Assembly (NCBI RefSeq): GCF_020745735.1
Contig: NC_083409.1
Span: 16,354,789-16,418,788 of the forward strand
Length of the DNA: 64,000 nucleotides
Direction: 5' to 3'
Origin: Hemiscyllium ocellatum
Lineage: Eukaryota
Part shown: in pieces, positions 14,260 through 24,677 of the stretch
Position numbering within the stretch: the stretch's first letter is position 1
How the letters are laid out: each line of letters opens with the position of its first letter
Translations under genes and position numbers: made by a program
The notes under the pieces: generated by a model
Databases searched by the model: none
What the model saw: only the letters and a program-made list of their open reading frames with translations
What the model was told of the DNA's origin: nothing

Positions 14260-16290
14260 TGAGAAGGACATGGAAGTGAAGGAAATTTGGGAAATAAATG
14301 TTGATGTCTTGAGAAGAGCCCATATTACAGAAGAAGACGTGCGGTAATCTGCTCTTTAAACTCATAAAGATAGATAAATTCCCAGGACCTGATCAGCTCC
14401 ATCCCAATACTTTGTGGGAAGCTTGGGAAGAGACAGTGATGCCCCTTGTGGAGATGTTTGTATCATCAACAGCCACGGGTGATGTGCTGGAAGACGGGGG
14501 TGTGTCTAATGTTGAGCTGTTATTTAATGAGATCTGCAAGGAATACACAGGGAATTATAGACCAGTGAGTCTGATCGTGGTAAATTGTTGGAGGGGAATT
14601 TGATAGACAGGATCTAAATGCATTTGGAAAGACAAGGATTGATTAGGGATAGTCCACATGGCTTTGTCAGTGGGAAAATGTGTCTTACAAATTTTTTTGA
14701 GGACATGACCAATAAGATAGCTGAGGGCAGAGTGGTAGACATTGTCTACATGGACTTTAGCAAGGCCTTTGATAATTTCCTGCATGGACATCTGGTTAGT
14801 AAGGTTAGATCAAATGTGATCCAGGAAGAGCAAGTTAATTAATACAAAATTGGCTTGATGGTTGGAGACAGAGTGTGGTGGTAGAGGGTTGCTGTTCAGA
14901 CTGGAAGCCTGTGACAAGCGAAAGGATTGCTTCCGGGTTCATCATTGTTCGTCATTTATAGAAACAAATTGAATGAGAATATAGGAAGTATAGTTTGTGA
15001 GTTTGAAGATGACACCAAAATTGGCGGTTTCATGGTCAGTGAAGAAGGCTATTTGAGAGTACATTTACATTATGCATTGAGATAATAGCAAGGTGTTGCA
15101 TTTTGGTACAGGCCAGGGCTAACACAGTTAATTGTGGGGCCATGGGGAGTGTTGTCAAACAGGGAGACCAAGGGGTGGACGCACATAGAGGATTGAAACT
15201 GGTGTCACGTGTAGACAGGGTGGTGAAGAAAGCATTTGGTACACTTGCCTTCATCGGGTATGGGAGTTGGGACATTACAGCTTCCCAAGATGTTGGTCTG
15301 GCCATGTTTCCAATCCACCTGCTATTGGAAGGATAGCATTCAACTGGAAAGAGTGTAAAAAGGATGACAAGGATGTCACCGAGACTGGAGGGTTTGAGTT
15401 ATAAGGAGAGACTGGTTAAGCAGGGCTACTTTCTTTGGAAGCTCAGAAGCTTCAGGGTGACATTTTAGAGATTTATAAAATCATAATGGGCATAGATAAG
15501 GTGACTAGCTAAGGTCTTTTCCTCACGGTAGGTTAGTACAAACCTAGCGGGCAGCGGTTTAAAGTGAAAGAGGAAAGATTCAAAAGGGACCTGAGGTATC
15601 CCTCTTTCTGGCAGACAGTGGTATTGAATGAACTGCCAGAGAAAGTCGGAGAGGCGAGTATGATTAAAACATTTAAAAAACATTTGAACAGGTACATTGG
15701 AAGAGAAAAGGGATAGGAAATGAGCCAAATGCAGGCAAATGGGACTATGGGGAATAGAAAAGGTATATATTTCACAAAGGATATGAATATTTTGCAGATG
15801 GCATGACAGAAAATTCCCATGGAAGGCTCAGGGATGAGGAACGTCAGTTATGAAAATATATTGGAGAAGTTCAGACTGTCTTCCTTGGAGAAGAGAAGGC
15901 TGAGAGGAGATTTGTTTGAGGAATTCAACATCAGGAGGGGTCTGGACAGAGTAAACAGGGAGAAAATGTTCCCTCTCATTAAAGGATTGAGAGCGAGAGC
16001 CACAGATTGAAAGTAATTGATAGAAGAAGCAGAAGTGAGAGAAGGAAAAACATTTTCATGAAGCAAGTGGTTAAGGTGTGGAATGCACTGCCTGAGAGTG
16101 TGGTGGAGGCAGCTTCAATTGAAACATTCTGAAGGGAATGAGACTGTTATTTGAAAAGGAACAATGTGCAGGGTGACAGGGAGAAGGCAGGAGAATGACA
16201 CTCAGTCAATTGCTCATTCAGAGAGCCAGTACAGATGGGATGGGCAGAATGGTCTCCTTTTGCACTGTAACAGTTTTGTGATTGTGTGAT
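14260..16290 (+). mobile_element. CR1 RT to 3' end fragments (two elements)
   Basis: GNYRPVSL, HGFVSGKMCLTN, VYMDFSKAFD, plus 3' UTRs. Confidence 0.85.
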
Positions 16291-16338
16291 TGAGTAGAGT
16301 TAAAGCTGGTGGAGGTGGGAGCTCGGTGTCTCACTGTG

Positions 16339-16362
16339 CTGCTGCTGCTGCTGCTGCTGCTG
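16339..16362. repeat. (CTG)8 microsatellite in the J-C intron
   Basis: Eight perfect CTG units. Confidence 0.95.
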
Positions 16363-16707
16363 AGGTCAGTGAGATCAGAGACTGGGACAGGGAGCCAGAG
16401 CTCACATCAAACTCTGCCCCGTGTCCGTCACACTGAGACTGGCAGGAGGCTACTCACTGATTTCACTCCATGCTGCAGGAATGGGACCACAGGCTGCAAA
16501 TGGACAGAGCTCCTCCACACAGTGAGTAAACTTCCTGACTTCTGTCTTGCTTAAAGGGGGCAATGGAACTAAAGAAATACAGCTGGACACCCTGTTAAAC
16601 ACAGTGCTCCTCAATCAACCATTTCATTCACTGCAGCTTCCCACTAACACCTTCAACAATTCAGCATTTGTGTTTTAGCAAGTTTGATATTGAAAGGGTT
16701 TACTTAC

Positions 16708-16739
16708 TCAGTCGGAGTTTGGTTCCTTTACCGAACGTA
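16708..16739 (-). CDS. IGKJ: J segment ([10 protein letters not shown]) fused directly to V, one base out of frame
   Basis: T ACG TTC GGT AAA GGA ACC AAA CTC CGA CTG A|GTAAGT gives the FGxG motif and a canonical phase-1 donor at 16707. No heptamer or nonamer lies between V and J. Confidence 0.95.
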
Positions 16740-17038
16740 AGGGAAGCTCTCACTTTGCTGACAGTAATAATCAGCGACATCCTCATTCTGAACGTTGCTG
16801 ATTGTCAGGGTGAAATGTGTGCTGGACACTTCTGTCCCGGTGAATCTGTTTGAGACTCCTGTGAATAGTGATGCAGCATTGTAGATCAGGAGAGAGGGTT
16901 TCTGTCCTTCCCGCTGCTGGAACCATTCAACATCACCACTGGCACTCTGACTGGATTTACAGGTGATGGTTGCGGTCTGGCCCAGTTCCACTGACAGCAC
17001 CGGGGGAGACTGAGTCATGATGATGTCCCCACTGATAC
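16740..17038 (-). CDS. IGKV: Ig kappa-like V segment (leader part 2 + FR1 to CDR3)
   Basis: Acceptor CTGACCCCTCAG at 17039. Translation [96 protein letters not shown] retains both Cys, the Trp and the DxAxYYC motif. Confidence 0.96.
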
Positions 17039-17224
17039 CTGAGGGGTCAGAGAGGAACACAGTGAAGTCAGAACTGTCACAGAAAGAGCCAGTCAAATGA
17101 GAGATTGTTGGAGACACTGAGCATTCCTCTGGTTTCAGCATTTTCCCTTCAATCACAAGTCAGTGGAATTGGAGTGAAATGGAGAGCAGCTAAAGATTCA
17201 AGGTGGAAGGAGAGAGATTTGTAC

Positions 17225-17273
17225 CTGCGACACAGAATGCCAGGGGCCAGATCAGCTGGGTGTGTGAAATCAT
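17225..17273 (-). CDS. IGKV: Ig light-chain leader exon (MISHTQLIWPLAFCVA/G)
   Basis: ATG at 17273-17271, hydrophobic signal peptide, phase-1 donor G|GTACAA at 17224. It splices in frame to the V exon, giving ...[13 protein letters not shown]. Confidence 0.93.
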
Positions 17274-17333
17274 GGTGTGTGCTCCTGTCCCTGTGCCTGG
17301 TTCCTGATAAACTCTCCCTTCACTGGGCTCTGC

Positions 17334-17431
17334 TTTATAAAGCTGCAGCCTGTGTGAGTCTGACTGGGTGTTCCTCAGTATGTAAATAGCATCAGGCAGA
17401 GAGAGCCACGTCAGCCCCCCACACTTCCTGT
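17334..17431 (-). promoter_or_regulatory. V-gene promoter: TATA, octamer variant, CRE-like and ETS motifs
   Basis: TTTATAAA at 17334-17341, ATTTACAT (7/8 octamer) at 17380-17387, TGACGTGG at 17406-17413 and ACAGGAAGT at 17423-17431. Order and spacing match Ig light-chain promoters. Confidence 0.7.
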
Positions 17432-17581
17432 TTTTACTCTCTCTCTCTCTCATCCTTCCCTAGTTCCTCCCACCCTTTTCCCTTCTATCTCTTTTTCACC
17501 TTTCTCTTGAATATAATCCTGTTGTTCATTGACTTACTCCCTCTTTTTCTTTTGATCTCCCTTTCCTTCTGTATTGGTTGG

Positions 17582-17612
<31 letters not shown>

Positions 17613-17900
17613 GTCTGATCATCCATTCCTCTCCATCACTTATCTTTCTACCTGTTTCCTCACTCGCCCCCACAATCTCTCATTGCCTCACTCCATCCTT
17701 GTCTCTCTCCCTCCAGTCACTCTCTAACTGATCTCTATAGCAGGTGTTGTTCCAGAACATTGGAACACTGAGTCATGGGGCAGCAGCTAAATGCCTCGCC
17801 CTCTCTCACTCAATCTCACAATGTGCACTTGTTCTCTCGCTCTCTCTCTCTCTCTCTCTCTCCCTCACTCTCTGTCTTCTGTCTCTCTATCTCTCAATCA
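17430..17900. repeat. CT-rich low-complexity tract; similar tracts at ~19140-19495 and ~37325-37715, GA-rich tracts at ~50525-50640 and ~57180-57360
   Basis: (CT)n runs embedded in polypyrimidine sequence. Confidence 0.85.
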
Positions 17901-18021
17901 GAAGCTCAATGACATGAACAGCATTGAACAACTTGCAAAAGTCATTAACGCTAATCCCACCTTGGCATTGAGGGAGAGGATCAGCCAGGATCATATTGAA
18001 TGACAGAGCAGCCTCACAAGA

Positions 18022-18844
18022 CCAAACCCAAACCTAAACCCTAATCCTAACCCGAACACTAACCCTAACACTAACCATAACCCAGAACCCAACCCTAACC
18101 TGAACCTGAACCCGAACCCTAACCCGTACCCTAACCCAAACCCTAACCCTAACCCTAACCCTAACCCAAACCCTAACCCTAATTCCAAACCCTAACCCTA
18201 ACCCATACCCTAACCCAAACCCAAACCCTAATCCTAACCCGAACACAAACCCTAACCCTAACCCTAACACAAAACCCAACCCTAACCCGAACCTGAACCT
18301 GAAACCTTACCCANNNNNNNNNNNNNNNNNNNNNNNNNNNNNNNNNNNNNNNNNNNNNNNNNNNNNNNNNNNNNNNNNNNNNNNNNNNNNNNNNNNNNNN
18401 NNNNNNNNNNNNNNNNNNNNNNNNNNNNNNNNNNNNNNNNNNNNNNNNNNNNNNNNNNNNNNNNNNNNNNNNNCGAACCTGAACCCGAACCCTAATCCAT
18501 ACCCTAACCTAAACCGTAACCCTAACCCTAACCCTAACCCAAACCCAAACCCCAACCCCAACCCCAACCATAACCCAAACTCTAACCCAAAACCTAACTC
18601 AAACCCGAACCCTAACACAAACCCAAACCCGAACCCAAACCCTAACCTGAACCCAAACCCAAACGCTAACCCTAACCCCAACCCTAAACCTAACCTATAC
18701 CGCAACCCAAACCCAAACCCAAACCCCAACCCCAACCCCAACCCCAACCCCTACCCCAACTCTAACCCAAACTCTAACCCAAAACCTAACCCGAACCCTA
18801 ACCAAACCCAAACCCTAACCCGTAACCTAACCCGTACCCTAACC
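18022..18844. repeat. Degenerate interstitial telomere-like array (CCCTAA with CCCGAA/CCCAAA/CCTGAA variants)
   Basis: Continuous hexamer array on both sides of the N gap. Confidence 0.92.
18314..18473. other. Assembly gap (160 N)
   Basis: Run of Ns inside the array. True array length and left-right linkage depend on scaffolding. Confidence 1.
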
Positions 18845-19499
18845 AGAACATTACTCCTGCTCCCTGTTTCTATCTATGTACGTCTGTGATATCTTCAATC
18901 TCTGCCCCTGGGTATTGATTCCTCTACTCATGGAAAAATTGACTTCTTGTCCACTATATCTCTGCCCCTCATAATCTTATAGCTCTTTATTAGGTCCCCT
19001 TTCAACCTTCACTGCTCCAAGATAAACAAACACAGCCTTTCCAATCCTTCCTCACAGCTCAGACCCTCCAGGCCAGGCAGCATCCTGGGAAATCTCTGCA
19101 TCCTCTCGAGTACAGTCATATTCTTCTCATAATGTCTCTTTCACTAGATTCTCTTTACTCCTAGTCTCACACCTACTTTGCATCTTTCTCTCTCTCTCTC
19201 TCTCCTCTCCCTCAGTCACACTGTTTCATACTCTATCTCATTCTCTCTCTCTCTCTTTCTCTCTGTTTCTATTATTCAACCCCACCATCTCTACCTCCCT
19301 CTAACTCTCTGTCCCTCTCCCTCTCTACTTTTGCTCATCTTACATTTCCTCAGGCTCACTCTACCTCTATCTCATTCACACCCTGTCCTTCTCTCTCTCC
19401 CTCTCTCTCTCTCACTCTCTCTCTCCAAATGGCCCTCTCCCTCTCTCTCTTTCTCTCTCTGTCTTACTCTATCTCCCTCTCTCTTTCTTTCCCACAACA

Positions 19500-19872
19500 T
19501 CCCAGGTGGTAACAGTTAAATACAGGGTAAATCTCCCTCTGCTTTGAACCACCAATAGGTGTTAACCCTTGACCCCAGAAGCATGTCTTCTCCTGGAGGA
19601 AGGTCCCATTTCCCACATTGACCAGGCTTTGGTATCTCTCAGGAAGACAGACATATTCTTGCCAAATGAAGGGCAGTTTTGTGCTGTTGGCTTATTCTCA
19701 CTGGGGACTGGTTCAGACGCAAACCTCATTCCATGAAGGCTCAGCAGAGAGAGGAGATCCTCAGGCCATGAGTGTGAATTGGAGGGACAGGACAGGTTCT
19801 GACCCACTGACCCATCCTGTCCATTCATAACATGTTCCAATACCTTCTCCTCTCCTTCCCCTTCCATGGTCA
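19500..19872. repeat. Duplicated non-TE block A; paralogue at ~37720-38100
   Basis: Collinear, roughly 80% identical; each copy is preceded by a CR1 fragment and a CT-rich tract. Confidence 0.9.
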
Positions 19873-19884
19873 AGCTCCAGTTTT

Positions 19885-20680
19885 ACTGTCAAGGTAAGAA
19901 CCCTCCTGGTCCTCACCTTCCACCCCACTGACCTTCGTATACATTGCATCATCCTCCGTTATTTCTGCCACCTATAAACAGATGCCAGCAACAGAGATAT
20001 ATTTCCCTTCCCATCCCTATCTGCTTTCCATAAAGACCATTCCTTCTGTGACTCACTCATCAGGTCCACCACCAATCCACCGTCCCCACTCGGCACCTTC
20101 CCCTGCCACCAAAGAAACCTGAGCCCACAACACCCCCCTTATCTCTGTCCAAAACTCCAAAGGAGCCTTCCACATCCATCAAAGTTCCACCTGCACTTCC
20201 ACATGTGTCATTTACTGTATCCGTTGCTCCCAATGCGGTCTCTTCTAATTGAGGAGACAGGATGTCTTCGAGCAGAATGCTTCAGAGAACTTCTCCGGAC
20301 ACTCGCACCAACCAACCTCACCGCCCCCTGGCCAAACACTTCAACTCTGCCTCCTACTCTGCCAAGGACATGTAGGTCATGGGCCTCCTACATCACCACT
20401 TCCTAGCCACCCGACACCTGGAGGAAGAACACCTCATCTTCTGCCTCAGGACCCTCCAACCCCACGGCATCAATGTGAATTTTACCAGGTTCCACGTTTC
20501 CCCTCTCCCCATCTTATCCTAGTTTCAATCTTTCAACTCGGCACTGTCCCATCTGTCCCCACATGACCTGTCCCATCTGTCAATCTTCCTTCCCACCTAT
20601 CCTCTCCACCCTCCTCTCCGACCGATCTCCATTACCCTTACCTCCATCTATCTCTCACACTCTCAGCTTCCTTCCCTCCA
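19885..20680 (+). mobile_element. Penelope-like (Neptune-type) 3' fragment, decayed
   Basis: Homologous, in opposite orientation, to the GIY-YIG element at 25094-26160. Confidence 0.78.
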
Positions 20681-20906
20681 ACTTTGGAATGAGGACCAGG
20701 AAGAGATAATTCAGTCCTTCGAGCCCTGATCTTGCCTGACCTTATCCTCCTCTCCACTTTCCAGACTGCTCCCTATTGCCCTCTATCCTGCTTTTCATCA
20801 GAAAGATATCTGCTTCTTTATTGAATCTGTTGATTGACTTTGCCTCCACTGTGCTCTGGGGGCAGTGACTTCCACAGATTCTCAACCCTCTGAGAGAACG
20901 CCTTAC

Positions 20907-21250
20907 AATAGAATAGAATCCCTTCAGTATAGAGACAGGTCATTTGGCCCAACAGGTCCATAGCGGCCCTTCAAAGAGCATTCCACCCAGACCCATCCCC
21001 TTACCCTTTCCCTGTAACCCTACATTTCCCATGACTAATGAACCTAACCTACACATCCCTGAACACAATGGGAAATTTAGCATAGCCAATCCTCCAAGTA
21101 CATACATCTTTCAACTGTGGGAGCAGCACCCAGATAAAACCCCCACAGATAGGGGGAGAATCTACAAACTCCACACAGCTGCCCAAGGGTGGGATCAAAC
21201 GCAGCTCCCTGAACTGTGAGGCAGTAGTGCTAACACTGCACCACCATGCC
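20907..21250 (-). mobile_element. HE1-type SINE
   Basis: Reverse complement of the SINE head at 21200-21250 and of the tail at ~20910. Confidence 0.78.
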
Positions 21251-21299
21251 ATTGTAGTTTATCCACATCACAGTTTTGAACCTACCTCACCCATTCTAT

Positions 21300-23830
21300 A
21301 TCTATGACCTATTGTTCGAGACTGTCCCACAGGAGGGACATCTGTTCCATGTCTGACTTATCAGTCCCCTTTAGCATCTTATTTTCCTCGCTCAGATCCC
21401 CTGTCATGCGACTGAATTCCAGTGAGTATAAGCCCAAGCTATTCAACTATTCCTCATACGACAGCCCTTTCATCCCGGGAATCAGTCTGGTGAATATCCT
21501 CTGAACTGCATCCAGTGCCACCATATCCTTCATCAAATAAGGAGACCAAAACTGGACACAATACTTCAGATGTGGTCTCACCAATGCCTCACAGAATTGT
21601 AACAATATTTCCTTAATTCTGTAATCCAGTCCTTTTATAATAAATACCAAGATTCTAATAGCTGTAAGAAATGCCAACATTCCAATTCCATGGAACTCAA
21701 TTGGAACCTCCAACAGAGATCAGTAAACATGGGCCTCCTTCCATCTGGACTCTCCAAAAGACGCCAATAAACCTGGACCTCATTCCCACTGGGCCATCCA
21801 ACAGAGATCAGTAACCATGGGCCTCCATCCCACTGGGATGTCTAATGGACAGCAGTGAGCACGGGCCTCTTTCTCACTGGCCCTCCATATTGGAACTTCA
21901 AACCCCACATCCTCTCCATCACGAGGTCTTCTATTTCAATCTCCACAAGATTGATCGTCTATGCACGACATCAGCCCCATGACCACAGAAACCTTTATTC
22001 CTGCTCATCCCATATCTAAACTCTCCCAGCTTAGAGTCATAGAGTCAGAGAGATATACAACACGGAAACAGACCCTTTGGTCCAACACATCCATGCCGAC
22101 CAGATATCCCAACGTAATCTAGTCCCACCTGCCAGCACCCGGCCCATATCCGTCCAAACCCTTCCTATTCATATGCCCATCCAGATGTCTTTTAAATGTT
22201 GTAATTGTACCAGCCTCCACCACTTCCTCTGACAGCCCATTCCATAGACGTACCACCTGATGCATGAAAACGTTGCCCCTCAATACTCTTCTATATCTTT
22301 CCCCTCTCACCCTAAACGTAACCTCTCAAGTTCTGGACTCCCCTACCCCCGGGAAAAAACTTTGTCTATCTACCTTATTTATGCCCCTCATGATTTTGTA
22401 AGCCCCCAAAAGGCCATTCCTCAGCCTACAACGTTCCAAGGGAAACAGCCCTAGCCCATTCAACCTCTTCCTATAGCTCAAATCCTCAAACCCTGGCAAC
22501 ATCCTTTTAAATCTTTTCTGAACCTTTTCAAGTTTTACAACATCCTTCTGAAAGGAAGGAGACCAGAATTGCACAGAATATTCCAAACTTGGTCTAAGCA
22601 ATGTCCTGTTAGGCCACAACATGACCTCCCAACCCCTGCTCTCAATACTCTGAACAATAAAGGAAAGCATACCAAACACCTTCTTCACTATCCTATCTAC
22701 CTGCGATTCTACTTTCAAGGAGCTATGAACCTGCACTCCAAGGTCTCTTTGTTCAGCAAAACACCCATACCATTAAGTGTATAAGTCCTGCTAAGTTTTG
22801 CTTTCCCAAAATGGAGCATTAATCTAAATCAAACTCCATCTGCCACTCCTCAGCCCATTGGCTCATCTGATCAAGATCCCATTGTAATCTGAGGTAACCT
22901 TCTTCGATGTCCACTACACCTCCAATTTTGGTGTCATTTGCAAACTTACTAACTCTACCTCTTTAGCACACATCCAAATCATTTATATAAATGATGAAAA
23001 GTAGCAATGATCTTTGTGGCACTCCACTGGTCACAGGCCTCCAATCTGCAAAACAACTCTCCAACACCACCCTCTGTCTTCTACTTTTAAGCCATTTCTG
23101 TATTCAAATGGCCAGTTCTCCCTGTATTCGGTGAGATCTTACCTTGCTAACCAGTCTCCCATGGGGAATCTTGTTGAACGCCTTACTGAAGTCCGTATAG
23201 ATCCCGTCTACCATTCTGCCCTCATCAATCCTCTTTGTTATTTCTTCAAAAGACTCAATCAAGTTTGTGAGACATGATTTTCCAGGCAGAAAGCCATGTT
23301 GACTATCCCTAATCAGTCCTTGCCTTTCCAAATACATGTACATCCAGTCCCTCAGAATTCCCTACAACAACTTGCTCACCAAGACGTCAGGCTCACTCGT
23401 CTATAGTTCCCTGGCCTGTCCTTACCAACTTTCTTAAACAGTGGCACCACATTAGCCAACTTCCAGACTTCCAGCACCTCACCTGTGACTATTGATGATA
23501 CAAATATCTCAGCAAGAGGCCCAGCAATCACTTCCCAAGCTTCCCACAGAGTTCTACAGGACACCTGATCAGATCCTGAGGATTTATCCATTTTTATGCG
23601 TTTCAAGACATCCAGCACTTCCTCCCCTGATATATGGCCATTTTTCAAGGCGTCACTATCTATTTCCCTCCATTCTATATCACCCATTTCCTTTTCCACA
23701 AAATACTAGTTCAGTATCTCCCCCATCTCCTGCGGCTCCAAACAAAGGCCACCGAGCTGATCTTTGAGCGGCCCTAATCTCTCCCTAGTTACCCTTTTGT
23801 CCTTAATGTATTTGTAATGTCCCTTTGGAT
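21300..23830 (-). mobile_element. CR1 fragments, including a long RT-to-3' copy at ~22035-23830
   Basis: Minus-strand ORFs with YTDFSKAFNKIPHGRL, LEYSVQFWSP and GNYRRVSLTS. Confidence 0.85.
21705..21890. repeat. ~44-bp minisatellite (4 units); paralogous arrays at ~38205-38390 and ~39660-39800
   Basis: Unit approximates CCAACAGAGACCAGTAAACATGGGCCTCCTTCCCACTGGACNNT. Confidence 0.85.
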
Positions 23831-24074
23831 CTTCTTCAACCTTTGCTGTGTAAATTTCAAATTGTCTGCAACAGACTAGTCCCTTCCCTGTCTCACACCA
23901 AGGAGGAGATTGTCCATCAATAATGATTAGAAGGGTTATGGAGAATGGGGGTAGTCAGAATTGATCAAACAGATGATAGCTCCTGCAGTTGAATATCCTG
24001 CTGGCATGCTCCAGCCTTTTACACTCAGAATGGGGAAGTGTGTACTGTAGGGCTCCTTGGAACTATCCCTCATC

Positions 24075-24195
24075 ATCAAGTGTCCCTCAGGAGGGGAGAG
24101 AGAATGTTCAGGGTCCTGATCCATTTCCCAGCCCAGGCAGTTTGTCTCACGGTGAATGGATGAGATGCCAATTTGGAGCCCAGGTTAGGGACAGG
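24075..24195. repeat. Duplicated block D; inverted paralogue at ~62825-62945
   Basis: AAGTGTCCCTCAGGAGGGGAGAG...CCATTTCCCAGCCCAGGCAGTTTGTCTC matches the reverse complement. Confidence 0.85.
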
Positions 24196-24677
24196 CTCTG
24201 CTTCTCTACAAGAGGCAACTAGAGATCGAGCTGAAAAGGAAAGATTTACTGGGTTATGGGAGAGGGAGGGGCAGTGGGATTAATTGGATCACTCACAGAC
24301 ATGATGGGCTGAATGGTCTCCTCGTGTGCTAGGGGGAGCAGATTTAGGACTGAATTGAGAAGGAACTTCTTCACCCAGAGGGTGGTGAATCTATGGAATT
24401 CCCTCCCCAGCGAAGTGGTTGAGGTTTCCTCAGTAAATGTTTTTAAAGCTAAGACAGGTAATTTTTTGAACAGAAAATGAATCAAGGGTTTTGGTGAAAA
24501 GGTGGGTAGGGGGAGCTGAGGCCATGAAAAGATCAGTCATGATCTTACAGAATGGCAGAGCAGCCCCAGGGGCCAGAGAGCTTGCTCCTGCTCCTGGTTT
24601 TAATGTTCTTATGTGCTGTCAGATTCCAGGGAGTGCAGACCGTTCACAGTTTTCCCCCATCACAATAACAAACATCC

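Larger units (their letters stand above)
6921..17273 (-). pseudogene. IGK: Ig kappa-class (NS4/type III) light-chain gene, L-(VJ joined)-C, with an out-of-frame V-J junction
   Basis: Three exons with GT/AG sites: 17273-17225 (49 nt), 17038-16708 (331 nt) and 7249-6921 (329 nt). 49+331=380 nt leaves phase 2, but the C exon needs phase 1. In the V frame the ORF ends [11 protein letters not shown]-stop. Confidence 0.88.

Noticed and set aside
16309-16554. Plus-strand ORF with a signal-peptide-like poly-Leu stretch and a GTGAGT donor
   Set aside because: No in-frame ATG, the poly-Leu is just the (CTG)8 repeat, and it is antisense within the Ig intron.
16725-16736. Cryptic donor CG|GTAAAG inside J as a possible frame rescue
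   Set aside because: It gives phase 2; splicing to the C acceptor reads CGG CCG TGA, an immediate stop.
17058-17087. CACAGTG with a 6/9 nonamer-like ACAGAAAGA in the leader intron
   Set aside because: The spacer is 14 bp rather than 12 or 23, and the sequence is the reverse complement of the V acceptor's pyrimidine tract.
17991-18747. Gly/Leu/Phe-rich ORFs in the track
   Set aside because: They are translations of the telomere-like repeat and the N gap.
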